Shown one piece after another: positions 18,720-28,610 of a stretch of DNA of 32,000 nt. The DNA lies in contig NC_022349.1 of NCBI RefSeq assembly GCF_000354175.2, forward strand, positions 1,740,001-1,772,000, written 5' to 3'. The position numbers were made by a program, and so were the translations under genes. How positions within the stretch are numbered: position 1 is the first letter of the stretch; every line of letters begins with the position of its first letter. The notes beneath the pieces are model-generated. The model saw only the letters and a program-made list of their open reading frames with translations. It ran no database searches and was not told the origin of the DNA. The DNA is from Vibrio alginolyticus NBRC 15630 = ATCC 17749 (GTDB lineage: Bacteria; Pseudomonadota; Gammaproteobacteria; Enterobacterales; Vibrionaceae).

Positions 18720-18811
18720 TGGCGGTGAAGGAGGGATTCGAACCCTCGATACGGGATAAACCGTATACTCCCTTAGCAGGGGAGCGCCTTCAGCCTCTCG
18801 GCCACCTCACC
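18720..18811 (-). tRNA. tRNA-Ser (GCU), copy 2 (first transcribed)
   Basis: Identical 92-nt sequence to tRNA-Ser copy 1. Confidence 0.96.
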
Positions 18812-18826
18812 GTCTTGCGGAGGCAC

Positions 18827-18854
18827 ATATTACGTTTTACCGAAAATATGTCAA
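18827..18854 (-). promoter_or_regulatory. Strong sigma70 promoter of the tRNA-Ser/Arg operon
   Basis: On the minus strand: TTGACA (18854-18849), a 16-nt spacer, TAATAT (18832-18827), then the GC-rich discriminator GTGCCTCC. The first tRNA begins about 15 nt downstream. The A/T-rich stretch TTTTTTCAAAGAAAG just upstream resembles an UP element. This architecture is typical of stable-RNA promoters. Confidence 0.65.
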
Positions 18855-19083
18855 ACACTTTCTTTGAAAAAATCTACGAAACTGGCTTAACCGTTGCTGA
18901 TTTAATCAAAGTGACTATTAAACGAACTTTATCACTCTATTATGATGAAAAAAAGAGAGTCTTCTCTGAAAAAAAGACATTTATTTTCAAATAACTTTCT
19001 GAAGTTCGAATCAACATTATTGATGAATTCACAGCCATACTCAACACAATAGTTTCTGCAAATTTTCAAAAACAGTAAAAACT

Positions 19084-19113
19084 AAAAAGGCCAACCCTTC
19101 GGTTAGCCTTTTT
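19084..19113 (-). terminator. Rho-independent terminator of csrA
   Basis: On the minus strand: AAGGCUAACC-GAAG-GGUUGGCCUU followed by UUUAGU. One stem position is a G.U pair on the minus strand and a C/A mismatch on the plus strand. It lies about 35 nt after the csrA stop. Confidence 0.7.
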
Positions 19114-19145
19114 CATTCAAACTAAGCTCTGTAAACAGGAGCGAC

Positions 19146-19343
19146 TTAGTAGTTACCTGAAGCAACGTTGCCATTGCCTTTTTCAGCTTGAATGCGCATG
19201 TAGATTTCTTCACGGTGAACTGAAACCTCTTTCGGAGCGTTAACGCCGATACGCACTTGGTTACCTTTAACACCTAGTACAGTTACAGTCACTTCATCAC
19301 CAATCATCAGTGTTTCGCCTACGCGGCGAGTCAAAATTAGCAT
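19146..19343 (-). CDS. csrA: Carbon storage regulator CsrA
   Basis: 65 aa. [55 protein letters not shown] is the canonical CsrA sequence. SD AAGGAG lies upstream. Confidence 0.97.
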   Translation of the reverse strand: MLILTRRVGETLMIGDEVTVTVLGVKGNQVRIGVNAPKEVSVHREEIYMRIQAEKGNGNVASGNY

Positions 19344-19435
19344 TCTTTGCTCCTTGAGTAATCTCTAAATTTTCTTGCTACAAAGCTATTATCCAACAAA
19401 AGTTATATTTTCGTAAACTACCTTGTTAGCGAAAA

Positions 19436-20623
19436 TCAGCCTAAAAAGGCATGTTTTTGTTGAATGTTTAATGCTTCACTAGACGTAATGTAAGCATCAT
19501 GCAGAATGTTTGCTGCTGTATCCACACATTCGGGTGCTAAAACTAGCATCATAGTGAGTGCATTCGTTGCGCTGAAATTGATCTCAATATCTCGCTTTGC
19601 CAACAAATCGCATGCGTGCTCTACCATTCCATTGGCCTCAAGCCCCACTGCGGTCAACAGGCTTACCACTTCACTATTACGGATTTTGTCGCTGAACACC
19701 AGATCGAACTTGGCACATGCATCTTGTTTTATCATGATACCTGCCCGTTCTGTTTCCTCGATCACATTCCAAATGTCGATACCCAACATCTGACATTGTT
19801 TTGTAGCACTAGATAAATGTTCTTTATCGACTTCGATTATGGCAAGGTCACGTTGAATGGCTATACCAGAGACGGCTTGATTGCCTAACTCCCCCTTTAC
19901 CAGACTGCCTTCATTAACATCAAATGTCGAAAGCACGCGCAGTGGCACATTATTCTTCCATGCAAATTGCACTGAAGGTAAATGTAATACTTTCGCGCCT
20001 CGGCTTGCCATCGCTTCCATGGAAGGAAAATCGATAACCGCCAATTTTCGCGCGTTTTTCACTACACGTGGGTCACAAGTATAAATACCATCAACGTCGG
20101 TAAAGATTTGACACTCATCAGCGCGCAATGCGCCTGCCAGTGCCACTGCGCTCGTATCTGAGCCACCTCGACCTAATGTGGTGATATCCCCGTTCTCATT
20201 CACACCTTGAAAGCCTGCAACAATCACGATTTGGTCTTGCTCAAGCAATCCCAGAATTGTCTTAGTATCAATGTGTTTAATCGTTGCGTCATTGTGTTGA
20301 TTATCCGTCACAATATTCGCCTGTGCTCCGGTAAGCGAGCGTGCAGCATGACCCAATTTATTGAGTGTCATTGCTAACAGTGCCATTGACACTTGCTCAC
20401 CAGCAGAGAGCAAAACATCAAGTTCTCGAGCTGTAGGCACGCTATCTATCTGTTTAGCGAGGTCCATCAGTCTGTTTGTTTCGCCTGACATTGCAGACAC
20501 GACAACAACAACTTGATTGCCATCATTTTTCGCCTTAATGATGTGTTCAGCAACTTGGTGGATTCTTTCAATTGAACCCACGGAGGTTCCGCCAAACTTT
20601 TGCACGATAAGGGGCTTTTTCAC
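19436..20623 (-). CDS. Aspartate kinase (short, ACT-domain type)
   Basis: 395 aa. The N-terminal kinase signature KFGGTSVGS, VVVVSAMSGETN and GRGGSDTSAVALA is present, with C-terminal ACT-like repeats. GTG start at 20623 with GGAAGGTGA upstream. Pseudomonas has the same alaS-ask-csrA(rsmA)-tRNA-Ser/Arg arrangement. Confidence 0.9.
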   Translation of the reverse strand: MKKPLIVQKFGGTSVGSIERIHQVAEHIIKAKNDGNQVVVVVSAMSGETNRLMDLAKQIDSVPTARELDVLLSAGEQVSMALLAMTLNKLGHAARSLTGAQANIVTDNQHNDATIKHIDTKTILGLLEQDQIVIVAGFQGVNENGDITTLGRGGSDTSAVALAGALRADECQIFTDVDGIYTCDPRVVKNARKLAVIDFPSMEAMASRGAKVLHLPSVQFAWKNNVPLRVLSTFDVNEGSLVKGELGNQAVSGIAIQRDLAIIEVDKEHLSSATKQCQMLGIDIWNVIEETERAGIMIKQDACAKFDLVFSDKIRNSEVVSLLTAVGLEANGMVEHACDLLAKRDIEINFSATNALTMMLVLAPECVDTAANILHDAYITSSEALNIQQKHAFLG

Positions 20624-20780
20624 CAGTCTTCACCTTCCCAAGACCGAAGTCTCTTTAGAACTGCTTACATCGTCAGTATTTCCTTTTAGAAAAATTATAT
20701 AAGCAGTAGTTACAACAAAAACCAAATAGCCTAAATGACTCGGTTAACTTTTGGTCAATTAAACCACTTGGCTGCTAAAA

Positions 20781-20822
20781 AAAATTACGCTCAATCAAAG
20801 AAACTTGATTGAGCGTAATTTT
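20781..20822 (-). terminator. Rho-independent terminator of alaS
   Basis: AAAATTACGCTCAATCAA-AGAAAC-TTGATTGAGCGTAATTTT forms a long perfect stem, followed on the minus strand by further T residues. It begins 14 nt after the alaS stop. Confidence 0.85.
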
Positions 20823-20835
20823 AGTAGTTAAAAGC

Positions 20836-23418
20836 TTATAAGCGCTCTTCTAACCAAGGCTGAACTGTTTTAATTGCCTCTGGTAGTGCGGCTACATCAG
20901 TACCACCAGCTTGAGCCATGTCAGGACGACCACCGCCCTTACCACCGACTTGCTCAGCAATCATCTTAACTAGATCACCAGCTTTTACTTTACCAGTTAG
21001 ATCTTTAGTCACACCAGCAATCAGGCCAACCTTGTCACCTGTTACGTTAGCAAGCAGTACGACACCAGACCCCATTTGGTTCTTGATGTCATCAACCATA
21101 GTACGTAGGTTCTTGCTGTCAGCGCCTTCAAGAGCTGCGACTAGAACTTTTGTACCATTGACTTCAACCGCTTTGCCCATGATGTTAGCGCTTTCTGCTG
21201 CCGCCATCTTATCTTTTAGCTTCTGCACTTCTTTCTCTAGCGCTTTTGCTTTCTGTGCAGATTCTGCCAGTTTCTCTTCGTACTTCGCGTTTTGAGCTTC
21301 AATCGCGTCTAATGCAGCCTCGCCTGTTACCGCCTCAATACGTCGAATACCTGCAGCAATGCCGCTTTCTGAAGTGATTTTGAATAGGCCAATATCACCT
21401 GTGCTTGATGCGTGAATACCACCGCAAAGCTCTGTCGAGAAGTCACCCATAGACAGTACGCGTACTTCGTCATCGTACTTCTCACCAAACAGTGCCATTG
21501 CGCCTTTCTTCTTAGCAGACTCAATGTCCATCACGTTGGTTTCAATCGTGTGGTTGCGACGAATTTGCGCGTTAACTAGACGCTCAACTTCTTTCAGTTC
21601 TGCTGCAGTTACGGCTTCTAGGTGTGAGAAGTCGAAACGTAGGTTGTCTGCCTTCACCAATGAGCCTTTCTGCGTTACGTGCTCACCTAAAACTTGGCGT
21701 AGTGCTGCGTGTAGCAAGTGCGTTGCTGAGTGGTTTAGAGAGATAGCTGCGCGACGCTCTGCGTCAACGATAGTTGCTACTTCATCACCTTTCGCTAGAA
21801 CGCCTTCTGCCATTACACCGTGGTGCGCGATTGCGTTACCTAGTTTTTGAGTGTCCTCAACGCGGAATACACCAGACTCAGTACGGATTTCACCAGCGTC
21901 ACCACACTGACCGCCTGACTCTGCGTAGAATGGTGTTTCACCAAGTACGATGATTGCTTTGTCGCCCGCAGATAGCGAATCTACTTCGTTGCCTTCAACG
22001 AACATCGCTGCTACAGAACTAGAGCCTTTAGTACCTGTGTAACCACAGAATTCTGTTTGCGTATCAACTTTGATTGCTGCGTTATAGTCAGTACCGAAGT
22101 TACCCGCTTCACGCGCACGTTGACGCTGCTCTTCCATCGCTTTCTCGAAACCTTCTTCGTCGATTGCGAACTCACGCTCACGTGCTACGTCGTTAGTTAA
22201 GTCAGCTGGGAAGCCGTAAGTATCGTAAAGTTTAAATACGGTTTCGCCGTCTAGTACTTTACCGTCTAGGTTATCTAGTGCTTCGTTTAGAATCGCCATA
22301 CCGCGCTCAAGTGTACGACCAAAGTTTTCTTCTTCGATACGCAGTACTTTTTCAACCACAGCTTGTTGACGCTTCAGCTCTTCACCAGCCGTACCCATGA
22401 TGTCAGCTAGAACGCCAACCAACTTGTGGAAGAATGCACCTTGTGCGCCCAGCTTGTTACCGTGACGAACTGCACGACGGATGATACGGCGTAATACGTA
22501 ACCTCGACCTTCGTTTGAAGGCATAACACCATCCACGATCAGGAATGAACATGAACGGATGTGGTCAGCGATAACGCGTAGTGATTGGTTTGATAGGTCT
22601 TCGTAACCGATCACTTCTGCTGCTGCTTTGATAAGAGCTTGGAATACATCGATTTCGTAGTTTGAGTGAACGCCCTGCATGATTGCAGAGATACGCTCGA
22701 TACCCATACCAGTATCTACCGATGGTTTTGGTAGCGGTTCCATAGTGCCGTCTGCGTGACGGTTGAACTGCATGAATACGTTGTTCCAGATCTCGATGAA
22801 ACGGTCACCATCTTCTTCAGGCGTGCCAGGACGGCCACCCCAGATGTGCTCACCGTGATCGTAGAAGATTTCAGTACATGGACCACAAGGGCCAGTGTCG
22901 CCCATTTGCCAGAAGTTATCAGACTCGTACGGCTTGCCGCCTTCTTTATCACCAATGCGAACAATACGATCAGCGGGTACGCCAACTTTCTTGTTCCAGA
23001 TGTCAAACGCTTCGTCATCGGTTTCGTAAACAGTTACCAATAAACGATCCGCTGGCAGTTTAAGAACTTCGGTTAGGAATTCCCAAGCAAAGGAGATCGC
23101 ATCTTCTTTGAAGTAATCGCCAAAGCTGAAGTTGCCTAACATTTCAAAGAATGTGTGGTGACGAGCAGTAAAGCCAACATTTTCTAGGTCGTTATGTTTA
23201 CCACCAGCACGTACGCAACGCTGAGCCGTAGTCGCTCGAGTGTAGGCTCGTTTTTCTAAGCCTAAGAAACAATCTTTAAATTGGTTCATACCTGCGTTTG
23301 TGAACAGCAGGGTTGGGTCGTTATGTGGAACTAACGATGAACTTTCTACGATTTGGTGTCCTTTGCTCTCAAAGAACTTGAGGAACGCGTTACGAACCTC
23401 ATCAGTGCTCATGTACAT
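20836..23418 (-). CDS. alaS: Alanine--tRNA ligase
   Basis: 860 aa, colinear with E. coli AlaS from [21 protein letters not shown] and [16 protein letters not shown] to the C-terminal DHHA1 region. AGGAAG lies 6 nt before the first ATG (23418). Confidence 0.97.
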   Translation of the reverse strand: MYMSTDEVRNAFLKFFESKGHQIVESSSLVPHNDPTLLFTNAGMNQFKDCFLGLEKRAYTRATTAQRCVRAGGKHNDLENVGFTARHHTFFEMLGNFSFGDYFKEDAISFAWEFLTEVLKLPADRLLVTVYETDDEAFDIWNKKVGVPADRIVRIGDKEGGKPYESDNFWQMGDTGPCGPCTEIFYDHGEHIWGGRPGTPEEDGDRFIEIWNNVFMQFNRHADGTMEPLPKPSVDTGMGIERISAIMQGVHSNYEIDVFQALIKAAAEVIGYEDLSNQSLRVIADHIRSCSFLIVDGVMPSNEGRGYVLRRIIRRAVRHGNKLGAQGAFFHKLVGVLADIMGTAGEELKRQQAVVEKVLRIEEENFGRTLERGMAILNEALDNLDGKVLDGETVFKLYDTYGFPADLTNDVAREREFAIDEEGFEKAMEEQRQRAREAGNFGTDYNAAIKVDTQTEFCGYTGTKGSSSVAAMFVEGNEVDSLSAGDKAIIVLGETPFYAESGGQCGDAGEIRTESGVFRVEDTQKLGNAIAHHGVMAEGVLAKGDEVATIVDAERRAAISLNHSATHLLHAALRQVLGEHVTQKGSLVKADNLRFDFSHLEAVTAAELKEVERLVNAQIRRNHTIETNVMDIESAKKKGAMALFGEKYDDEVRVLSMGDFSTELCGGIHASSTGDIGLFKITSESGIAAGIRRIEAVTGEAALDAIEAQNAKYEEKLAESAQKAKALEKEVQKLKDKMAAAESANIMGKAVEVNGTKVLVAALEGADSKNLRTMVDDIKNQMGSGVVLLANVTGDKVGLIAGVTKDLTGKVKAGDLVKMIAEQVGGKGGGRPDMAQAGGTDVAALPEAIKTVQPWLEERL

Positions 23419-23526
23419 GCAGCTCTTCCTGAAAATAGTCGAGTTAGAATTTTGCCGTATTGTAGATCATGCAAACAGCTGAGACTAGTTTTCTTGAGGA
23501 AAAGAGGGAGTAGGAGAAAAAATTTG

Positions 23527-23559
23527 AAGCAAAACAAAAATCAGTGCGGACGACTGACC
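23527..23559 (-). terminator. Probable terminator of recX
   Basis: On the minus strand: GGUCAGU-CGUCCGC-ACUGAUU (7 bp, including two G.U pairs that pair only in this orientation) followed by UUUUGUUUUG. It starts immediately after the recX stop. Confidence 0.45.
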
Positions 23560-23560
23560 G

Positions 23561-24028
23561 TTAATCTTCGTCCTCAAAGTTCAGCGCGTAGCTGATTTGG
23601 TCAAAACTGTAGCCGCGATACTGCAGAAAACGAACTTGTTTTGCGTACTCTTTTTGGTCTTTGGCTTTAATACCTTTGAATTTCTTTTCTGCCGCCTGTT
23701 TAGCCAGTTCAAACCAATCTTGCGGCTCTTCAGCCATAGCTTGCTCAATCACCGATTCCGCAACACGCTTCTGGTTTAACTCTTGACGAATTCGACGCTC
23801 TCCATGTCCTTTGTATACATGCTGTCTAATTTGACTCTTCGCGTAACGTAAATCATCTAAATAGTTATGGTCTAGGCAAAAATTAATTGCGATGTCGATG
23901 TCTGATTCTTCATAGCCCTTCATCGATAATTTTTGGTAAAGCTCATACTGACCATGATCGCGACGGCTAAGCAATTGTATAGCAGCCTCTTTGCTCGATA
24001 ATGTTGGCGCCTGGCGTTTTTGGTACAT
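23561..24028 (-). CDS. recX: RecA regulator RecX
   Basis: The translation from [30 protein letters not shown]... (155 aa) contains RIRQELNQK as in E. coli RecX. The ORF-track extension to 24121 covers the recA-recX intergenic hairpin and has no family support. Confidence 0.88.
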   Translation of the reverse strand: MYQKRQAPTLSSKEAAIQLLSRRDHGQYELYQKLSMKGYEESDIDIAINFCLDHNYLDDLRYAKSQIRQHVYKGHGERRIRQELNQKRVAESVIEQAMAEEPQDWFELAKQAAEKKFKGIKAKDQKEYAKQVRFLQYRGYSFDQISYALNFEDED

Positions 24029-24107
24029 GATGATCCTAAAAGTATTTTTGCTGTACAGGCTCTCAATGGCCTTTGTGATAATTCGATTTTTGATTTCAAT
24101 AGATACA

Positions 24108-24134
24108 ACAAAGCCCCGCATTGCAGGGCTTTGT
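24108..24134 (-). terminator. recA-recX intergenic hairpin (partial terminator/attenuator)
   Basis: 9-bp stem ACAAAGCCC (24108-24116) / GGGCTTTGT (24126-24134), 21 nt after the recA stop, with a modest T-rich tail (TGTATCTATTG) on the minus strand. A comparable attenuating hairpin is known between E. coli recA and recX. Confidence 0.5.
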
Positions 24135-24155
24135 CATTTATTAATCTATGAGAGA

Positions 24156-25199
24156 TTAAAACTCTTCAGCTTGCTCTGGCGCTTCACCAGCTTCAGGCGC
24201 TTCCGCAAGTGCTGGCGCTAGCAACATTTCACGCAGTTTTGTATCGATAGTTTTAGCCACTTCAGGATGCTCACGCAGGTAGTTACACGCATTCGCTTTA
24301 CCTTGACCAATCTTATCGCCATTGTAGCTATACCAAGCACCGGCTTTTTCAACTAACTTGTGCTTCACACCTAGATCGACAAGTTCACCTTCGCGGTTAA
24401 AGCCTTGGCCGTACATGATTTGTGTGTTTGCTTCTTTAAATGGTGCTGCAATCTTATTCTTAACAACTTTGATGCGCGTTTCGTTACCTACGACTTCGTC
24501 ACCTTCTTTGATTGCGCCAGTACGACGGATATCTAGACGAACAGAAGCGTAGAACTTAAGTGCGTTACCACCTGTTGTTGTTTCTGGGTTACCAAACATC
24601 ACACCAATCTTCATACGGATTTGGTTGATGAAGATACACATACAGTTAGACTGCTTTAGGTTACCCGTTAGCTTACGCATTGCTTGAGAAAGCATACGTG
24701 CTTGCAGACCCATGTGGCTATCGCCCATTTCGCCTTCGATTTCTGCTTTCGGTGTTAGCGCTGCAACAGAGTCGACAACCATAACATCGATAGCACCAGA
24801 ACGTGCAAGTGCGTCACAGATCTCTAGCGCTTGCTCACCTGTGTCTGGCTGAGAAACTAGCAATGCATCGATATCTACGCCAAGTTTCTTCGCGTATACA
24901 GGATCTAGAGCGTGCTCTGCATCGATAAACGCACACGTTTTGCCTTCACGTTGCGCAGCAGCAATAAGCTCAAGCGTTAATGTTGTTTTACCTGAAGATT
25001 CTGGGCCGTAGATTTCTACGATACGACCCATTGGTAGACCACCAGCACCCAAAGCGATATCAAGAGAAAGAGAACCCGTTGAGATGGTTTCTACGTCCAT
25101 TGCGCGGTTATCACCAAGGCGCATGATAGAGCCTTTACCGAATTGCTTTTCAATTTGACCTAGCGCAGCGGCGAGCGCTTTCTGTTTGTTCTCGTCCAT
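24156..25199 (-). CDS. recA: Recombinase RecA
   Basis: The translation from [29 protein letters not shown] (347 aa) has Walker [10 protein letters not shown] and is near-identical to Vibrio RecA. GGAG lies 7 nt before the ATG at 25199. The ORF-track start at 25220 adds 7 unsupported residues. Confidence 0.97.
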   Translation of the reverse strand: MDENKQKALAAALGQIEKQFGKGSIMRLGDNRAMDVETISTGSLSLDIALGAGGLPMGRIVEIYGPESSGKTTLTLELIAAAQREGKTCAFIDAEHALDPVYAKKLGVDIDALLVSQPDTGEQALEICDALARSGAIDVMVVDSVAALTPKAEIEGEMGDSHMGLQARMLSQAMRKLTGNLKQSNCMCIFINQIRMKIGVMFGNPETTTGGNALKFYASVRLDIRRTGAIKEGDEVVGNETRIKVVKNKIAAPFKEANTQIMYGQGFNREGELVDLGVKHKLVEKAGAWYSYNGDKIGQGKANACNYLREHPEVAKTIDTKLREMLLAPALAEAPEAGEAPEQAEEF

Positions 25200-25285
25200 T
25201 ACTTTCTCCGATTTATTCATCTTCTTTGGGCGACGAATAGTAATTCATTTTTCTTAAGCAGAAGAACTGCTCAGCAATGAAAGTT

Positions 25286-25313
25286 ATTATACTGTTGATT
25301 CATACAGTGTCCA
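25286..25313 (-). promoter_or_regulatory. recA promoter with embedded LexA (SOS) box
   Basis: On the minus strand: TGGACA-CTGTATGAATCAACAG-TATAAT. The CTGT-N8-ACAG core (25292-25307) fills the 16-nt spacer between the -35 and -10 elements, the same layout as the E. coli recA promoter (TTGATA-CTGTATGAGCATACAG-TATAAT). Confidence 0.85.
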
Positions 25314-25399
25314 TACCTGTATGAAAAAAATTTGGCTGACCTAAAGTCGTGATTTGCTCTAGCCCTTATCAATGCTGGGCTAAAACAATTTAAGAAATT

Positions 25400-25888
25400 C
25401 TAGAGTAGATGTTGATACAATTGAGTCAGCGCATGCTCGACCGCTTTTTTGCGAACTTCTGCACGGTCACCAGTAAAATGCATGGTTTCGACTTGCTGCC
25501 AACTTTGGTTATCAGCAAAAGCAAAGCAGACCATGCCGACTGGTTTCTCTTCACTGCCACCACCCGGCCCTGCAATACCACTGATGGACACACCGATGGT
25601 CGCATTGGAGTTTTTAATTGCACCCTGTACCATTTCAATCACAACTGACTCACTCACTGCACCATGCGCTTCTAACGTTGAAGCTTGCACACCAAGCATC
25701 TCCATTTTCGCTTCATTACTGTAGGTGACAAACGCACGGTCAAGCCACGCTGAACTGCCAGCAATGTCAGTAATGGCGGTTGCAACACCACCACCTGTGC
25801 ATGATTCTGCGGTTGTTAAAACATGCCCGTGTTTAGCCAATAATGCGCCTAAATCGGCACTCAATTTTGTTGTTTTTTCCATAGCCAA
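25400..25888 (-). CDS. pncC: Nicotinamide-nucleotide amidohydrolase PncC (CinA C-terminal domain family)
   Basis: 162 aa. The [13 protein letters not shown] and [15 protein letters not shown] motifs match E. coli PncC/YgaD, which likewise lies upstream of recA. Confidence 0.9.
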   Translation of the reverse strand: MAMEKTTKLSADLGALLAKHGHVLTTAESCTGGGVATAITDIAGSSAWLDRAFVTYSNEAKMEMLGVQASTLEAHGAVSESVVIEMVQGAIKNSNATIGVSISGIAGPGGGSEEKPVGMVCFAFADNQSWQQVETMHFTGDRAEVRKKAVEHALTQLYQHLL

Positions 25889-25966
25889 AATGCCCTTTGT
25901 CTCTTTTTACTTGATAGGGATTCACGTATCCTAAGCCGCTACGGAAATAAACAAAAGAACTTACCT

Positions 25967-28528
25967 GTGAAAGCTGAACAAAAACACACTCCGATGATGC
26001 AGCAATACCTCAAGCTAAAAGCTGAGAACCCAGAGATTTTGCTGTTCTACCGCATGGGCGATTTCTACGAACTCTTTTACGATGATGCCAAGCGAGCTTC
26101 TCAGCTTCTTGATATTTCATTGACCAAACGTGGTGCGTCTGCAGGTGAACCTATCCCAATGGCGGGTGTGCCATTTCACGCCGTAGAGGGCTACCTGGCA
26201 AAACTTGTTCAGCTTGGTGAGTCTGTGGCGATCTGTGAACAGATTGGCGATCCGGCCACCAGCAAGGGCCCGGTAGAACGTAAAGTTGTGCGTATCGTGA
26301 CACCAGGTACTGTGACGGATGAAGCGCTGCTTTCTGAGCGTGTCGATAACTTAATCGCAGCAATTTACCATTACAACGGTAAGTTCGGTTATGCGACGCT
26401 GGATGTCACCTCTGGTCGCTTCCAACTGACAGAACCAGAAACTGAAGAAGCGATGACAGCCGAGCTTCAACGTACCGCACCACGTGAGCTACTGTTCCCA
26501 GAAGATTTTGAACCTGTACATTTAATGGCGAGCCGCAATGGTAACCGTCGTCGCCCAGTCTGGGAGTTTGAGCTTGATACGGCTAAGCAACAACTCAATC
26601 AACAATTTGGCACAAAAGATCTGGTTGGTTTTGGTGTAGAACATGCGTCCTTAGGGTTATGTGCTGCTGGTTGTTTGATCCAGTACGTAAAAGATACTCA
26701 ACGTACGGCTTTACCTCATATTCGCTCTTTAACGTTTGATCATCAGGATCAATCCGTCATCCTTGATGCTGCTACCCGACGTAATCTGGAAATTACTCAA
26801 AATCTAGCAGGCGGAACCGATAACACGCTCGCTGCAGTACTCGACCATTGTGCAACTCCGATGGGCAGCCGAATGCTGAAGCGTTGGTTGCATCAGCCTA
26901 TGCGTTGCATTGAAACGTTAAACAATCGTCTTGATGCGATTGGTGAGATTAAAGAACAAGCTCTGTTTGCCGATCTTCAACCAACGTTAAAGCAAATTGG
27001 TGATATTGAACGTATCTTAGCGCGCCTTGCATTACGCTCTGCTCGCCCTCGCGATATGGCTAGACTTCGCAATGCCATGCAGCAGCTACCAGAGCTAGAA
27101 TCTGTCACCACTTCTTTAACCCATCCGTACCTAACAAAATTGGCGAAGTATGCAGCTCCGATTGACGAAGTATGTGACCTGTTAGAGCGCGCGATTAAAG
27201 AAAATCCGCCGGTTGTTATTCGTGATGGTGGCGTCATCGCTGAAGGCTACAATGCGGAGCTCGATGAATGGCGAAAATTGGCAGATGGTGCAACAGAATA
27301 TCTTGAGCAGCTTGAGCGAGATGAGCGTGAACGACACGGTATCGATACGCTTAAAGTAGGCTACAACAACGTTCATGGCTTCTTTATCCAAGTGAGCCGT
27401 GGCCAGAGCCATTTGGTTCCACCGCATTATGTACGTCGCCAAACACTCAAAAACGCTGAACGCTACATCATCCCAGAGCTTAAGGAACACGAAGACAAAG
27501 TACTTAACTCGAAATCTAAAGCGTTAGCACTTGAGAAACAGTTGTGGGAAGAACTGTTTGATCTATTGATGCCAAACCTTGAGAAGCTGCAAAACCTAGC
27601 TTCTGCTCTGTCTCAACTGGATGTATTACAAAACCTAGCAGAGCGTGCAGATTCGTTAGATTACTGCCGCCCAACGCTTGTGAAAGACGCAGGAATTCAC
27701 ATTCAAGCTGGTCGTCATCCAGTCGTAGAACAAGTAACAACAGAGCCGTTCATCGCGAACCCAATTGAGCTGAACCCAGCCCGTAAGATGTTGATCATTA
27801 CCGGTCCAAACATGGGTGGTAAATCAACCTACATGCGTCAAACTGCGCTGATTGCATTGATGGCACATATCGGCTCTTATGTACCGGCAGAATCCGCACA
27901 GATTGGTTCTTTAGATCGTATATTTACTCGTATTGGTGCGTCAGATGATCTTGCATCTGGCCGCTCGACCTTCATGGTAGAAATGACCGAAACAGCCAAT
28001 ATTCTTCACAACGCAACTAAGAATAGTTTGGTGCTAATGGATGAAATCGGACGTGGTACTAGTACTTACGACGGTCTGTCTTTAGCTTGGGCAAGTGCGG
28101 AATGGCTCGCAACACAAATTGGTGCGATGACCCTATTTGCAACCCACTACTTCGAATTAACAGAGTTACCAAGCCAGCTGCCAAACTTAGCGAACGTTCA
28201 CTTGGATGCCGTAGAACATGGAGACAGCATTGCCTTTATGCACGCAGTTCAAGAAGGTGCGGCAAGTAAGTCTTACGGTCTGGCTGTTGCGGGCTTAGCA
28301 GGCGTACCAAAAACGGTCATCAAAAATGCGCGTAACAAGCTATCTCAGCTAGAGCAACTGGGGCAACACAGTGACACACCGCGTCCAAGTGCAGTAGATG
28401 TGGCTAACCAGTTGAGCCTGATTCCAGAGCCTAGCGAGGTCGAACAAGCTCTGTCAGGTATTGATCCTGACGACTTAACGCCACGCCAAGCTCTTGAAGA
28501 GCTGTATCGCTTGAAAAGGATGCTGTAA
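25967..28528 (+). CDS. mutS: DNA mismatch repair protein MutS
   Basis: 853 aa, colinear with E. coli MutS ([53 protein letters not shown]). GTG start at 25967 with no obvious SD, so the start is moderately uncertain. Confidence 0.95.
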   Translation: MKAEQKHTPMMQQYLKLKAENPEILLFYRMGDFYELFYDDAKRASQLLDISLTKRGASAGEPIPMAGVPFHAVEGYLAKLVQLGESVAICEQIGDPATSKGPVERKVVRIVTPGTVTDEALLSERVDNLIAAIYHYNGKFGYATLDVTSGRFQLTEPETEEAMTAELQRTAPRELLFPEDFEPVHLMASRNGNRRRPVWEFELDTAKQQLNQQFGTKDLVGFGVEHASLGLCAAGCLIQYVKDTQRTALPHIRSLTFDHQDQSVILDAATRRNLEITQNLAGGTDNTLAAVLDHCATPMGSRMLKRWLHQPMRCIETLNNRLDAIGEIKEQALFADLQPTLKQIGDIERILARLALRSARPRDMARLRNAMQQLPELESVTTSLTHPYLTKLAKYAAPIDEVCDLLERAIKENPPVVIRDGGVIAEGYNAELDEWRKLADGATEYLEQLERDERERHGIDTLKVGYNNVHGFFIQVSRGQSHLVPPHYVRRQTLKNAERYIIPELKEHEDKVLNSKSKALALEKQLWEELFDLLMPNLEKLQNLASALSQLDVLQNLAERADSLDYCRPTLVKDAGIHIQAGRHPVVEQVTTEPFIANPIELNPARKMLIITGPNMGGKSTYMRQTALIALMAHIGSYVPAESAQIGSLDRIFTRIGASDDLASGRSTFMVEMTETANILHNATKNSLVLMDEIGRGTSTYDGLSLAWASAEWLATQIGAMTLFATHYFELTELPSQLPNLANVHLDAVEHGDSIAFMHAVQEGAASKSYGLAVAGLAGVPKTVIKNARNKLSQLEQLGQHSDTPRPSAVDVANQLSLIPEPSEVEQALSGIDPDDLTPRQALEELYRLKRML

Positions 28529-28550
28529 ATAGACTCACACCAAGGAGCAA

Positions 28551-28586
28551 AAAAGAAAAAAGGCTATGGGGAACCATAGCCTTTTG
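28551..28586. terminator. Bidirectional terminator between convergent mutS and rpoS
   Basis: AGGCTATGG-GGAA-CCATAGCCT (9-bp stem, 28561-28582) is flanked by an A-run on the left and TTTT on the right, so it is usable by both strands. Confidence 0.8.
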
Positions 28587-28610
28587 CGTATCTAGTGGAA
28601 TACGGATTAT

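Noticed and set aside
17806-18994. Four ORF-track ORFs (17806-18114 +, 17994-18194 -, 18490-18759 +, 18719-18994 +) with internally repetitive translations
   Set aside because: They run straight through the tRNA-Arg and tRNA-Ser genes and their spacers. The peptide repeats (for example SGASWRIRTSDRLVRSQVLYPAELRT) are simply translated tRNA sequence.
20624-20780. Possible riboswitch or alternative-hairpin switch in the aspartokinase leader. GAGAC-UUCG-GUCUU could alternate with GUCUU-GGGAAGGUG-AAGAC, which would place the SD in a loop.
   Set aside because: The stems are only 5 bp and are expected by chance. The 155-nt leader shows no extended helices or motifs that I can recognise as a lysine (L-box) or other riboswitch. 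Only cmscan against Rfam or conservation analysis could upgrade this.
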